Virus record (IMG/VR): IMGVR_UViG_3300030061_002247
Span: 18,878-82,877 of that record
Direction: 5' to 3' (one strand)
DNA length: 64,000 nucleotides
DNA from: a virus
Shown here: one piece after another, positions 28,709 through 38,026 of the stretch
How the letters are laid out: every line of letters begins with the position of its first letter
Numbering within the stretch: position 1 is the stretch's first letter
Translations under genes and position numbers: made by a program
Notes under the pieces: generated by a model
Told to the model about the DNA's origin: nothing
Database searches by the model: none
Seen by the model: only the letters and a program-made list of their open reading frames with translations

Positions 28709-29286
28709 TCTTCCTCACTCTCCTCTTCTTCGTAGCATCCCCAACATACCATAACACCGTAGTACTCACAGTACTCAAGGTTGAAGTCGTGACACTCACA
28801 ATTCCCACACAAGTTGTCTGCGTACTGCCTGTCTTTGACTCCGTTGAGTTCGACCCAACCACAACTGTGATTGGTTGTCTCCAGAGTTGGCTCTGTGTTG
28901 AACACCGCACCTAGGCTAGTGATGCTACCATAACCTGACATCTGTTCAGGACACACGCACTCCACAGGCACGATTGCCAACATACCTGCGTCAACAGGCA
29001 AGGACACCTTAGTGCCTGAGTCATCTTCCAAGTGGAAGTCCCACGTGTTATCACCACCGGGTGATGCGTGACACTCGATGTCGTATGTTCGACCGTTCAC
29101 TTCCCACTTGAGTGTGCCGTAGTAGTCCTTGTGCTTCTTGTATCCGTCTAGTTTGAACACCTTGTCACAGAACTCGCTCCATCTCCTGTCGGCAATCACG
29201 TAGCATGGGTCTCCCACGTAGAACTCGTAGTCCTTGTAATCCACGTGTGTCTCTCTGTCTGCGTATGATGGGATACTCATGTTCAT
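28705..29286 (-). CDS. hypothetical protein (DUF4241-like)
   Basis: YVGDPCY...PVDAGMLAI; C-terminal Cys cluster; start moved to MNMSIP. Confidence 0.55.
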   Translation of the reverse strand: MNMSIPSYADRETHVDYKDYEFYVGDPCYVIADRRWSEFCDKVFKLDGYKKHKDYYGTLKWEVNGRTYDIECHASPGGDNTWDFHLEDDSGTKVSLPVDAGMLAIVPVECVCPEQMSGYGSITSLGAVFNTEPTLETTNHSCGWVELNGVKDRQYADNLCGNCECHDFNLEYCEYYGVMVCWGCYEEEESEEE

Positions 29287-29756
29287 TCCTCCTCCTGTGT
29301 ATCCAATGCGGATATGTTGTCGTCTGTCTCTTGATGCTGTGCCGTAGCCATCGCATCTCCCTTGTTCATGGTTACAACACACTCGCCTTGCTTGGCGTAG
29401 TCAAACACCTGTGTCACTGTGGGACTTGGGTTCACACCCAAGAGGCAACCCTTCTCGTGATTCAAAGGCTCGCCGTGTATCAGCAACGCATTCGTGTTGT
29501 CATCGAACTCGACCGCATCCATCTGTATGTAGAAGTGGCTTCCCTTACTCGCTCCGCTCTCCAATATCGGCTCTTGCTCACGTAGCCAGTCAATCACAAC
29601 TTGCGGTGCTCTCAACTCGTTCGCATATCCATACTCACGGTTCACGTTGATGCTCCCCAGTATCTGAATATGCATCGCATACTCACTGTTGTACTCCGTT
29701 CTCACTTGCATTCTCTTCATTATTCCATTTCCATTCGTTTGTTCATTCATGTTCAT
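29283..29756 (-). CDS. hypothetical protein
   Basis: ORF after a promoter motif copy. Confidence 0.55.
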   Translation of the reverse strand: MNMNEQTNGNGIMKRMQVRTEYNSEYAMHIQILGSINVNREYGYANELRAPQVVIDWLREQEPILESGASKGSHFYIQMDAVEFDDNTNALLIHGEPLNHEKGCLLGVNPSPTVTQVFDYAKQGECVVTMNKGDAMATAQHQETDDNISALDTQEEE

Positions 29757-30835
29757 TCACTCTCCTGTTTCTTGTCTTGTTCCTTTATATGAGGAAGGTC
29801 AACCTTACCCACACCTACGTCTGTTACATCTATCATGTTGGAACTCCCACATGTGATGCACGGTATCTCACCGTTGCTGTCTCTCTCTATATTCGACCCT
29901 ACGACTTCCTGAGCATCGCAATTGAGACACTCGAATATCCTATCGTCCACGTCTGTTAGTTCACTATCATCTTTCCTTGACCACCCAGTCTCGGTATACT
30001 CCCAGTCATCGAACTCGTCGTCATCCTCAAGGGAATCGTTCACCTGTTTGTATATGCTCTGCGTGTTGATACTCGCATAGTGGTTGCCCCACCCTCCTGA
30101 GTATCCACTCCACTTGTTGGATGACACACGTGAGTCTCCAACAGGCAAGCCACACACATCAGCGATGTACTGTTGCTGACTCGATGCCTCGACCTCATGG
30201 ACACACATGTGTTCCCTGACCCAATCAATCAACTGACCTGCATCCTTCCATGTGTGTTGGGACTCAGGCAGTAGGTAGTGAGCAAGGATAGCCAACTGCA
30301 CACCAGTCCTACCATGTCCACCCATGCACTGGCAAGAGACAGTCTTGACACCCTTGGTGTAGATGTCCTCAACAAGTGCGAGCCAGAACTCACGACCCAA
30401 TCCCGTAGGGATGGAGTAGTCCGGCCAGTCGATGCTGAACACAGCAGTCATGCTGTCAGACACCTGCGTGTTGGATGCCTTCCAACCCTCAGGGAAATCA
30501 TGGTCACCACTCTTGAGATACCTGTGTCCCTTAGACACAATCTCACTTGGGCCAATTGCAACATCCGGTAGTGGGTTCATCAACCACCAACCACCTTGAC
30601 GGCTTGAGCCACCACCGTAGACCTCGATACCCTCAGGTGTTGTGAACACAAGCACGTTGCCTGTATGACATCCGTTCTTGGATACATACGTGTGTCCCTT
30701 GGACTTGGGCTTGTGCTTGCCACAGTAGTCACCGACCTTCGGTGCGTCATTCTGGCATGTCTCGTGTTTGCATATCTTTCTCTGTTTCATCTTCTCATCT
30801 CCGTTCTTACCTGTAAGGTACTTCTTCCATTTCAT
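29753..30835 (-). CDS. Cys-based (PTP/DSP) phosphatase with terminal zinc knuckles
   Basis: WPD loop (IDWPDY), QCMGGHGRTG, VE..SQQQY; CxxxxC..CxxH at the N-terminus and CxxC..CxxC at the C-terminus. Confidence 0.85.
   Translation of the reverse strand: MKWKKYLTGKNGDEKMKQRKICKHETCQNDAPKVGDYCGKHKPKSKGHTYVSKNGCHTGNVLVFTTPEGIEVYGGGSSRQGGWWLMNPLPDVAIGPSEIVSKGHRYLKSGDHDFPEGWKASNTQVSDSMTAVFSIDWPDYSIPTGLGREFWLALVEDIYTKGVKTVSCQCMGGHGRTGVQLAILAHYLLPESQHTWKDAGQLIDWVREHMCVHEVEASSQQQYIADVCGLPVGDSRVSSNKWSGYSGGWGNHYASINTQSIYKQVNDSLEDDDEFDDWEYTETGWSRKDDSELTDVDDRIFECLNCDAQEVVGSNIERDSNGEIPCITCGSSNMIDVTDVGVGKVDLPHIKEQDKKQESE
29777..29797 (-). promoter_or_regulatory. conserved promoter motif
   Basis: + strand TTGTTCCTTTATATGAGGAAG. 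Confidence 0.8.
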
Positions 30836-33189
30836 TGTTTCATCTCCTGTGCCAGTTTCAATGCGTTCATGTATGTCACGAACTCATTCGTTTCTAATTC
30901 GTACACGAGTTTGGCATACACGTGTTCGACTTCTTCCCATGTCCCTGCTTCTACGTGGTGACACATGTCAGCAATCAACACAGGTAGTTCCCAGTCAGTG
31001 TTAGCGACTGCCTCCTTAGCCTTCTTGACCACATCTGATTCGACCTTGACAACCTGTGTCTGTTGCTTCCCAAGTAGGAACACGTCGTATGTGTTGGAAG
31101 GCACAGACGTGTTGGTCTGCACACTCAACTTCTTGATGTGGCTGGCATCGTAGTGGTCTGACCCATGTCCCGTAGGGATGTAAGACTCATGGCCAGTCTT
31201 GTTGTACTGGTGGTTCGAGTCACCATGGAACATGTGTGTCAAGTCACCGTTCTCGTTCCACTTGTCAAGGACAACCTGAACATCCTCAGGTGCATCCGTG
31301 TGTTTGAACACGTGATTCTTCCTGAAGTACGAAGGACTCTTGCCGAAGAAGCCAAGCACATCCCCCCAGAGGATGTTGCATTCCTGTGCGTTTGTCTCAA
31401 CACGGTCGTTCACTATGTCCATTGCAATCATGTATGAGTGAAGGGCATGTCTCATCTCACCCTCTTGGTAGCCGAGTGTTCCAGCAGTGAAGTGAATCAT
31501 CGTGTCACTACCGAACTTGTTCAGCAACCCACCGTTGTTATGCTGTGCATTCTCCAAGGCATTGACTGCTTCGACCAGTTCCTTACCCACGTCTTCCAAC
31601 TCGTCAGCGGATGCTTGCATGAGTTGGTGTATGAGTGTTGCAACACGAGCACCTTTCTCCGCTCCGTCGCCCCACTTCGGCCCACCGTAGGCTGATGACC
31701 AACCGGTCTTGTACTCGTCATGCATGTATGTCAGAAGGTACGATGCCTGTTCCCAATCCACGATTACGTCTCTCATCCATCGGTGGTATGGCCTTCGACT
31801 GTTCGGCATCCCAACCCCATTGGGCATGTCCCAATCGGACATGGGTTCAACACCCATGAACGAGTTGACTGCCAGTGGTATGGTGACTCGGTAGTTCTTC
31901 TTCTGTGACCTAGCATGTCTCATCTCTCCAACAGTCGCACCGATTGTTGCTTTGACAATCCATGCACAGAACACACCACCAAGGAACGCACTGAGTTCAG
32001 GGTCGTTGCAAGGCTGACCCATCCACTGATGGAAGAACGTAGACAGGGCTGACTGCTTCCTGTTCCAATGTGCATTGCCGTATGTTACCCCATCCCTGAA
32101 CGCACTGACGTGTTGCCAAGGGTTGTATGGATTGGCAACGAAGTCACCGTCGTTGTTCTGAATGACCCATCCTGAGGCAACCTCAGTCCATGTGTCTCCA
32201 ACACACACCTCGTCTGTTATGACATACGGGATACCATGTGTCCGACAGTGTGCGTTGATGTGACTCAGTAGTGAGCCGTTAGGCTCTACTACAACGAAGC
32301 CATCAGGACAAAGTTCCTTTGTGATGTTCTCCTCAAGCCACTGGACTTGTTCAAGTCCAGTCATGACCACAGTCTCAGTCACCACTACATCCCCATCGGG
32401 GATAGAGCCGTTGATGCTGACTCCTTCCGGTGGTGTTCCAATCTGTATGTGTTCGTCACACCCACGTATCTGTGTGAGTATTGACTTGACCGAGTTGATG
32501 TACTCGTCATCCCACTGCCTGTTGTGATGCTCAACATCGTTGAACACCATCTCAATCTCATGCTTGTTGGTATCGTATATGTGTCCACTTCCAGTGCTCA
32601 TCTTGACGAGTGCTTGTTCAAACACACGATGCTTCTCTGATAGCGGGAACATCAGAGATGTACCTGCGTCAGAGTAGTTAGTCCCGGCAGTCACTCCGTC
32701 GTGACCCTCACCGAATACAACATACATGTTCGGAGCAAGGACACACGAGGCAATCGCTGGTTGGTAAGGCTGAACAATCAAGCATCCCTCAGGGTCGTGT
32801 TCCAACATGACTGCCTGTAGGTGCTGAATCGTCTTGACGATAGCATTCTTGTGGTTGACACACCTAGTGCTTTCCAACACACCGTGTCTTGGATTGAGAG
32901 GACAAGTCCTCACGAAGATATCAGTGTCCACTGATATGCTAGACTCACACCACTTGACAACTTCCCAAGGGTCATCGTCAACCAACACGTAGAGCGTCTT
33001 GGGAACACGGTAGCCTGCGTAAGACTTGCCGAAGTCCACGTAGTGGTCAAGGGCTATCGCTTTCTGCGATTTGACCAATGGCATCCTGTGTGTGTTCCAT
33101 GTATCCATGTCCGTGTATGTCTTATGTTCGTCGTTCATCTCAATCACCTGTGTGTTCTTTTCCATGTTCATCATCTTCTCAATACTCAT
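30832..33189 (-). CDS. dikinase-like protein: degenerate ATP-grasp + PEP-utilising phospho-His swivel domain + unknown C-terminal domain
   Basis: FVRTCP..HGVLES..LIVQPY (PPDK/PEPS N-domain-like) and VVEPNGSLLSHINAHCRTHGIPYV (GxxxSH..I.AR..GIP.V). Confidence 0.7.
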   Translation of the reverse strand: MSIEKMMNMEKNTQVIEMNDEHKTYTDMDTWNTHRMPLVKSQKAIALDHYVDFGKSYAGYRVPKTLYVLVDDDPWEVVKWCESSISVDTDIFVRTCPLNPRHGVLESTRCVNHKNAIVKTIQHLQAVMLEHDPEGCLIVQPYQPAIASCVLAPNMYVVFGEGHDGVTAGTNYSDAGTSLMFPLSEKHRVFEQALVKMSTGSGHIYDTNKHEIEMVFNDVEHHNRQWDDEYINSVKSILTQIRGCDEHIQIGTPPEGVSINGSIPDGDVVVTETVVMTGLEQVQWLEENITKELCPDGFVVVEPNGSLLSHINAHCRTHGIPYVITDEVCVGDTWTEVASGWVIQNNDGDFVANPYNPWQHVSAFRDGVTYGNAHWNRKQSALSTFFHQWMGQPCNDPELSAFLGGVFCAWIVKATIGATVGEMRHARSQKKNYRVTIPLAVNSFMGVEPMSDWDMPNGVGMPNSRRPYHRWMRDVIVDWEQASYLLTYMHDEYKTGWSSAYGGPKWGDGAEKGARVATLIHQLMQASADELEDVGKELVEAVNALENAQHNNGGLLNKFGSDTMIHFTAGTLGYQEGEMRHALHSYMIAMDIVNDRVETNAQECNILWGDVLGFFGKSPSYFRKNHVFKHTDAPEDVQVVLDKWNENGDLTHMFHGDSNHQYNKTGHESYIPTGHGSDHYDASHIKKLSVQTNTSVPSNTYDVFLLGKQQTQVVKVESDVVKKAKEAVANTDWELPVLIADMCHHVEAGTWEEVEHVYAKLVYELETNEFVTYMNALKLAQEMKQ

Positions 33190-34073
33190 TCCTCTTCACT
33201 CTCCTGTGTTGGAACTGCGAGACCGGCTATGCCAGCCAGTGCCCTTTCCTTGGCTGTCTCAATCGCAAGTATGTTGGTAAACACACTCGCTCCGAATTGC
33301 TTCACCTGTGTGTTGCCAACCTTGACCTTCTCAATCTGCTCATCGAAGGACATGCCCTGAGTGTCAATCAAGTAGTCACTCTTGAGTGTAGCAACGAAGT
33401 CATCGGCCTTAGCCAACGGGTGTGTGTCCCATTGCATGTAAAGCATCTCCTCGAAGTGGCTCTCAATGGTCTTCCTCAGCAACGCATGTATGTCAAGCCC
33501 TGCGAGTCTCTCAGTCAGTTTCGTGTTGTAACTCTCAAGGTCATGCTTGTTGTCGTTCATCTCAGCAACTTTGTTGTTGTCTTCCGCTGACAACTTGTCC
33601 ATCTTTGCCTTAGGCAAAGCAGTCAACACGTGGTTGTACCAATCCGTGAGTGTTGCATTGTCCATGTTGACAGCACCACCACCGAACAAGTCCGAGTTCA
33701 CATAGAACTGGTTGTCTTGGATTGTCGAAGCCAATCCCTTTGCGTAGTAGTTGTAACTCTTGTGTGTGAATTGCTTCTTCGACATTCTCCATCTCCTACC
33801 GAACGGATGCTTGTTCTGGTAGTAAAACGTGAAGCAGTGACCACTGTGGTCAACGAACCACTTCAAACATGCATCTATGTCAGACACAGACATGTTGTGC
33901 TCCGCCATCTTGTTGGCTAGCGAAGCAGGTCTGAAGTAAATCCCAACATGAGTAAGGAACTCACCTATGTGTGTTGGGACATCAATCCACTTCATCTTTT
34001 CCACTTCAGTGGAGAACTCCACTCCAACCCACGAGTGTTTGGATGAAGTCAACATGCGTTCGTTGTTACTCAT
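33186..34073 (-). CDS. hypothetical protein
   Basis: 295-aa coupled ORF. Confidence 0.65.
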   Translation of the reverse strand: MSNNERMLTSSKHSWVGVEFSTEVEKMKWIDVPTHIGEFLTHVGIYFRPASLANKMAEHNMSVSDIDACLKWFVDHSGHCFTFYYQNKHPFGRRWRMSKKQFTHKSYNYYAKGLASTIQDNQFYVNSDLFGGGAVNMDNATLTDWYNHVLTALPKAKMDKLSAEDNNKVAEMNDNKHDLESYNTKLTERLAGLDIHALLRKTIESHFEEMLYMQWDTHPLAKADDFVATLKSDYLIDTQGMSFDEQIEKVKVGNTQVKQFGASVFTNILAIETAKERALAGIAGLAVPTQESEEE

Positions 34074-34366
34074 TGAACCACCTCTTCATCATCGACTACA
34101 ACATAGTCGTGTTTGTCAAGTAGGAATCCCAAGGGATTCTCCGGGTTGTCTCCTTCGGCATCCAAGACAAACACGAGTCCTCTGGACTCCCAGTTCGGTT
34201 GATTGATTGCATCAATCGCCGTGTATGTTTTGGTCTCCGACAGAGACAATCGACTTCCCAACAGACGGAAGTCAGACCTCGGTCTAACAACAAACGTGTT
34301 GGGATATCTAGGGCTTTCGCTGGTTGGGCTTCTTTCGTTTTTGTTTACACTGATTACCATCGGCAT
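34070..34366 (-). CDS. hypothetical protein
   Basis: ATG 21 nt from the TATA of a promoter motif copy. Confidence 0.6.
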   Translation of the reverse strand: MPMVISVNKNERSPTSESPRYPNTFVVRPRSDFRLLGSRLSLSETKTYTAIDAINQPNWESRGLVFVLDAEGDNPENPLGFLLDKHDYVVVDDEEVVQ

Positions 34367-34380
34367 CGTGACTTCTATTA

Positions 34381-34402
34381 TGTTCCTTTATATGAGAAAG
34401 CC
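34381..34402 (-). promoter_or_regulatory. conserved promoter motif
   Basis: + strand TGTTCCTTTATATGAGAAAGCC. Confidence 0.8.
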
Positions 34403-34929
34403 ACGAAGTTGATTCTATTGCATGAGTGTTAAACGATTCCAATCATACGTGTTGGCAATTCCCTTCCTGCGTGCGAGTTGATGTGTCTCGTGTTCAACAG
34501 TCCGATGATTCATTCATACAATATACATGTGTCTAAGAATACAACTTTCATTGTAGTCTCTACATATATGTATGTACAGTCTATTGTATAGACAATACAG
34601 TTAGACAGTTAGACAGTTATACCAAAGGTATCCAACACACAGGAAAGGCAACACGTATTCACGTATACGTATATGTACAGATGGATACCAACATGTGTTC
34701 AACACACGTATGTGTTAGGGAAGAAGCCTAAGCCGAAGGCTAGGCCTTGATAAGCCAAACAACTGGGAGGCTATGCCTCTCGGAAGTTTGACGTTTTTTT
34801 TGGGGGGTAACCTGTGTGTGTTCTGACACGTGGGAGCACAGGTTGGTTGACATGCTGAGGAGCGAGTCGTTAGACTCACTCCCCAACACTTACGTATGTT
34901 CCGAACACTTGCATGTTGGAATCTTTGAT

Positions 34930-35727
34930 TCAAGCGAAGATGGAGTCATGGACTCCAACGAGCACTGCAAGTTCTTTCTTGCTCCTACCTTTGGTAGGGA
35001 TGTCTCTGGAATCAGCCTTGAACTCCCATTGGGAGTGGTTGCTTCCTTCCCAGTCTGCTTTTAGCAGTGTGGCTTCTCTCTTCTTGCCGTTGATAACGGC
35101 AGTCAAGGTGACAGTACCTTTGGGTACTGCTTTCTTGACCTTGGAAGCCTTCGGCTCTGCTTTGGAAGCCTTTGGCTTAGGGTCAAGTTTGCCGTTCTCA
35201 TCGAAGAGTTCCTCTTCCTTAGGTGTGAGTTTAGCCTTCGGCTTTGCTTTCTTGGAAGCCTTAGGCTTCCTAGCCTTCTTGGTTGTCTTCTTCTGAGGCT
35301 TTGCCTCAGGTTCAGCCTCAGCCTCAATAGCCTCTTCGAGGATATTGTCGTAAGCCATCTTCCTTAGGGAAGAGTAGTACTTACTAACCCCGTTAGGGTT
35401 AGTAGCAGAAAGCAACTCAGAGAGTTGGCTATCTTTCAGAGACTTGATGTTTACATCCTTCAGGATGTAGAGACCAGTGGTAGTACCACTGGTAACCTTG
35501 CCAGTCTTAGGACAAGTACTTGTCCAGTCTCTTGGCTTCTGTCGATACGTTAGTATCGCTTTAGCAAAAGCCCTAAGGCTTTTTCTGCTGTACTGAACAC
35601 CTTTGGTGTTCCTTGACAGAGTAGACAATGAGTCTACTCTGAGAGTACAGACCGAAGGTCTGTCTGAGTTCCCTAGGAACTCGGCGGTCGTCTTTATGCA
35701 TTTCAGGATGTCAGATTTCTTGGCCAT
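34930..35727 (-). CDS. basic protein with Lys/Ala/Pro-rich (histone H1-like) linker; first gene of the left arm
   Basis: KPQKKTTKKARKPKASKKAKPKAK...PKASKAEPKASKVKK; promoter motif directly upstream. Confidence 0.7.
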   Translation of the reverse strand: MAKKSDILKCIKTTAEFLGNSDRPSVCTLRVDSLSTLSRNTKGVQYSRKSLRAFAKAILTYRQKPRDWTSTCPKTGKVTSGTTTGLYILKDVNIKSLKDSQLSELLSATNPNGVSKYYSSLRKMAYDNILEEAIEAEAEPEAKPQKKTTKKARKPKASKKAKPKAKLTPKEEELFDENGKLDPKPKASKAEPKASKVKKAVPKGTVTLTAVINGKKREATLLKADWEGSNHSQWEFKADSRDIPTKGRSKKELAVLVGVHDSIFA

Positions 35728-35740
35728 CGACTCTCATGTG

Positions 35741-35761
35741 TTGAGCCTTTATATGAGGAAG
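35741..35761 (-). promoter_or_regulatory. conserved promoter motif (variant)
   Basis: + strand TTGAGCCTTTATATGAGGAAG. Confidence 0.75.
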
Positions 35762-35847
35762 ACCAAGGCCAAACGTTCCGTTCCTTGGAACGGTACGTTC
35801 GTGTATGTACATACATGTGTTGGCTAACTTGTTAGCCCAGTGGCCTA

Positions 35848-35933
35848 GTTAATTGCACCCCGAAAACAGTTAATCGCAGGGTTAATCGCAGGGTTAATCG
35901 CCGGAGGCGATGTTAATCGCAACGGTTAATCGC
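35848..35933. repeat. iteron-like direct repeats GTTAATCGC x5 plus one GTTAATTGC variant
   Basis: Copies start at 35869, 35881, 35893, 35912, 35925; variant at 35848. Confidence 0.9.
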
Positions 35934-36370
35934 ATCTTTTAGTCCCACACAGCGCTGCACCATTTTTTCGGTGGGAGGCCCTTTCCCGAAAAAAAATTAC
36001 AGAAAAAAATCAATAATCCAGCCCCCCTCCCCTCTACCGTGTTGGCAGGAGGCGTTGTCCATAATAGCATGGCTGCACGCATTGGCAAGTCGTCTGTCAG
36101 CACGCCCCTCGACCAAGCGTGGACTGTGTAGGAGGCGTACTCATGAAGATGCCCAAGATGCATTACAACCAAGGCGGTATGTACTGGCCAGAGAGTAAGA
36201 ACATACAAGTAGAATGCGAGTAATCCTTTATCGTGGCCGGTGTCATCTGTTTGTCATCTCTCTACCTGTTCCAAAATTGACAAAACTCTTTCATGTTTCA
36301 TAAAGCAGGTGGCATTGGCCACACCTAAAAGCCAGCAACGGTTTTATCCTGACCCCCCTTGCGCTTGGGC

Positions 36371-36925
36371 ATGGGTGCATTCGACTCCGCATGGTCACTT
36401 CTCAAAAACTTCGATGAGGAGATGGACGAATATCGAAGGGTGATGGATGCTCCACCACCAAGGAGAACACCACAGATGGATGATGACCCATTCAGGATGA
36501 AACAGCCTGATATGAGTGCCCAGATAGAACAGATTCTTGCCGAGATTCAGCGTAGAGAAGGTAGGAAAAACCCTGATTTTCATCACCAAGACTACGATTC
36601 GGTCTTTTATAGAAACAAATATGACCGAGAAAATCCACAGGATAATCAACTCCTGAACACCACAAGACCTCAGATGAAAGACAGAATGGGGGCTCTACGA
36701 GCAGAAATGGAAAGAAGAGCCAGAAAAAGAGGGTCTCCTGTAGTAGGTGATTCTGCCCCACCAGAAGCAAAAGGTCCTCAACCAATGGGAGCACCGGAGT
36801 CTTTCAGTGCTCCAGAGGGCATGACTAACGAGGAATATGGTATTATCGACCAGCCGGACAGTAAGTACACCAAAGAACTACAGGGGCAAGCGCTTCAAGA
36901 CTACATTAAACAAAGGTTTGGTTGA
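36371..36925 (+). CDS. late protein with AFDxAWxxLK tag
   Basis: MGAFDSAWSLLKN...; start moved to 36371. Confidence 0.7.
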   Translation: MGAFDSAWSLLKNFDEEMDEYRRVMDAPPPRRTPQMDDDPFRMKQPDMSAQIEQILAEIQRREGRKNPDFHHQDYDSVFYRNKYDRENPQDNQLLNTTRPQMKDRMGALRAEMERRARKRGSPVVGDSAPPEAKGPQPMGAPESFSAPEGMTNEEYGIIDQPDSKYTKELQGQALQDYIKQRFG

Positions 36926-36927
36926 AT

Positions 36928-37257
36928 ATGAGTGTTTTTGACTCTGCATGGTCCTTACTCAAGATGGGTAGGCGTAGTGGAAACAACAGGAGAGGTCAAC
37001 AAGTCTCCAATCAGAGGCGTTTCAGAAGACCAATGCAGTTACCACCAGAAGTCATGGAGGTACTAAGTCCTGAGACAAAGGCTAATCTTGAGAGCATGAA
37101 ACAAAGTGACCCAGAGGCATATAACAAGTATCTGATTGAATTGTCTATGGGCTTTAGAGCAAGCCCTCCTCGTAACAGCATGATGCCAGACCCCGGTCAG
37201 AGTCAGGTTCGCATACCATACGACCCACAAAATGAATCAGGGGTTGAAGGGCAATGA
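36928..37257 (+). CDS. late protein with AFDxAWxxLK tag
   Basis: MSVFDSAWSLLKM... Confidence 0.7.
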   Translation: MSVFDSAWSLLKMGRRSGNNRRGQQVSNQRRFRRPMQLPPEVMEVLSPETKANLESMKQSDPEAYNKYLIELSMGFRASPPRNSMMPDPGQSQVRIPYDPQNESGVEGQ

Positions 37258-37751
37258 GTGCTTTCGACAAGGCTTGGTCCTCTCTTCTCATTAAGGGTAC
37301 GGTTGATGCCATCATGGATGCTGCATCGTCTCCCGCTTTAGTAACACACGAAGACCACAAAAGAAGAAGTCAAGAAATACACCAGATTCTTGAGGATATA
37401 GCGAATCAGCACGGCATTACTACGGCTGATATCCATAGACATATAGACCTGTCAGGTCATCCTGATGACCCTAGCGATGCAGTGTATGATGATGTGGCTA
37501 GACGAAGGGAAGAGTGGGAGCAGCAGAATGGAAAGACAAACTGGCCGGGGTACTACGTGACCCATGAGGGCATAGGACCAGACCCCGAACTCAGGCGTGC
37601 TGCTGATGAGTGGGAACAAAACTTCGACCATCCCGGTGGAGACGACCACTTGGAATCGCTTGGTATACGAGAACAGATAAGAAATGCGATGTATGAAATA
37701 TCAGGACCTGAGTATGATGCTAATTACCAACAGAGGATGGGTCAGCAATGA
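37254..37751 (+). CDS. late protein with AFDxAWxxLK tag, His/Asp-rich
   Basis: MSAFDKAWSSLLIKG... Confidence 0.7.
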   Translation: MSAFDKAWSSLLIKGTVDAIMDAASSPALVTHEDHKRRSQEIHQILEDIANQHGITTADIHRHIDLSGHPDDPSDAVYDDVARRREEWEQQNGKTNWPGYYVTHEGIGPDPELRRAADEWEQNFDHPGGDDHLESLGIREQIRNAMYEISGPEYDANYQQRMGQQ

Positions 37752-38026
37752 GCGCTTTCGACAAGTCTTGGTCGGTTCTGAAGAACCTAGCGCCCACTTC
37801 ACCCTCTGACCCGATGGGCACACGAGCGATAGACTCGATGTTCTGCCAGAGTTGCAAGCAGGGCCTCAATCCGGGCAGTCCACAGTGCGAAAACTGCGGT
37901 GCACCTACTGGAAACAGCATGAGAAACGTCATGGGAGACGGAAATATGCACTCACCGGGGCAGCAGTCCATGATTGAGAGAGCGAGACAGGCCATGGAAG
38001 CGCAGAAAAGGTCAGAGGGACAGTAA
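37748..38026 (+). CDS. late protein with AFDxAWxxLK tag and zinc ribbon
   Basis: MSAFDKSWSVLKN...CQSC...CENCG. Confidence 0.7.
   Translation: MSAFDKSWSVLKNLAPTSPSDPMGTRAIDSMFCQSCKQGLNPGSPQCENCGAPTGNSMRNVMGDGNMHSPGQQSMIERARQAMEAQKRSEGQ

Noticed and set aside
15953-30835. Shared L(P/S)HIKEQ peptide near three C-termini as a protein-sorting signal
   Set aside because: It is the translation of the overlapping DNA promoter motif; in the SNF2 gene the same DNA is read in another frame (ASSYKGT)
24000-34000. Frequent ACACG/GTGTGT words in the early region as a binding-site array
   Set aside because: No regular spacing seen; plausibly codon usage (GTG, CGT, ACA, CAC) and not testable without counts
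18172-34366. Many early proteins ending in EEE/GEEE as a degron or tag
   Set aside because: Explained by GAGGAG-type Shine-Dalgarno sequences and ATGA overlaps for the next gene
113-35827. Numerous plus-strand ORFs in the left arm (and minus-strand ORFs in the right arm)
   Set aside because: They are antisense shadows of well-supported genes, Ser/Leu-rich and without motifs; only 38396-38746 was kept
35848-35933. GTTAATCGC repeats as a mini-CRISPR array
   Set aside because: Repeats are 9 bp with 3-12-bp gaps, far too short for CRISPR repeats and spacers
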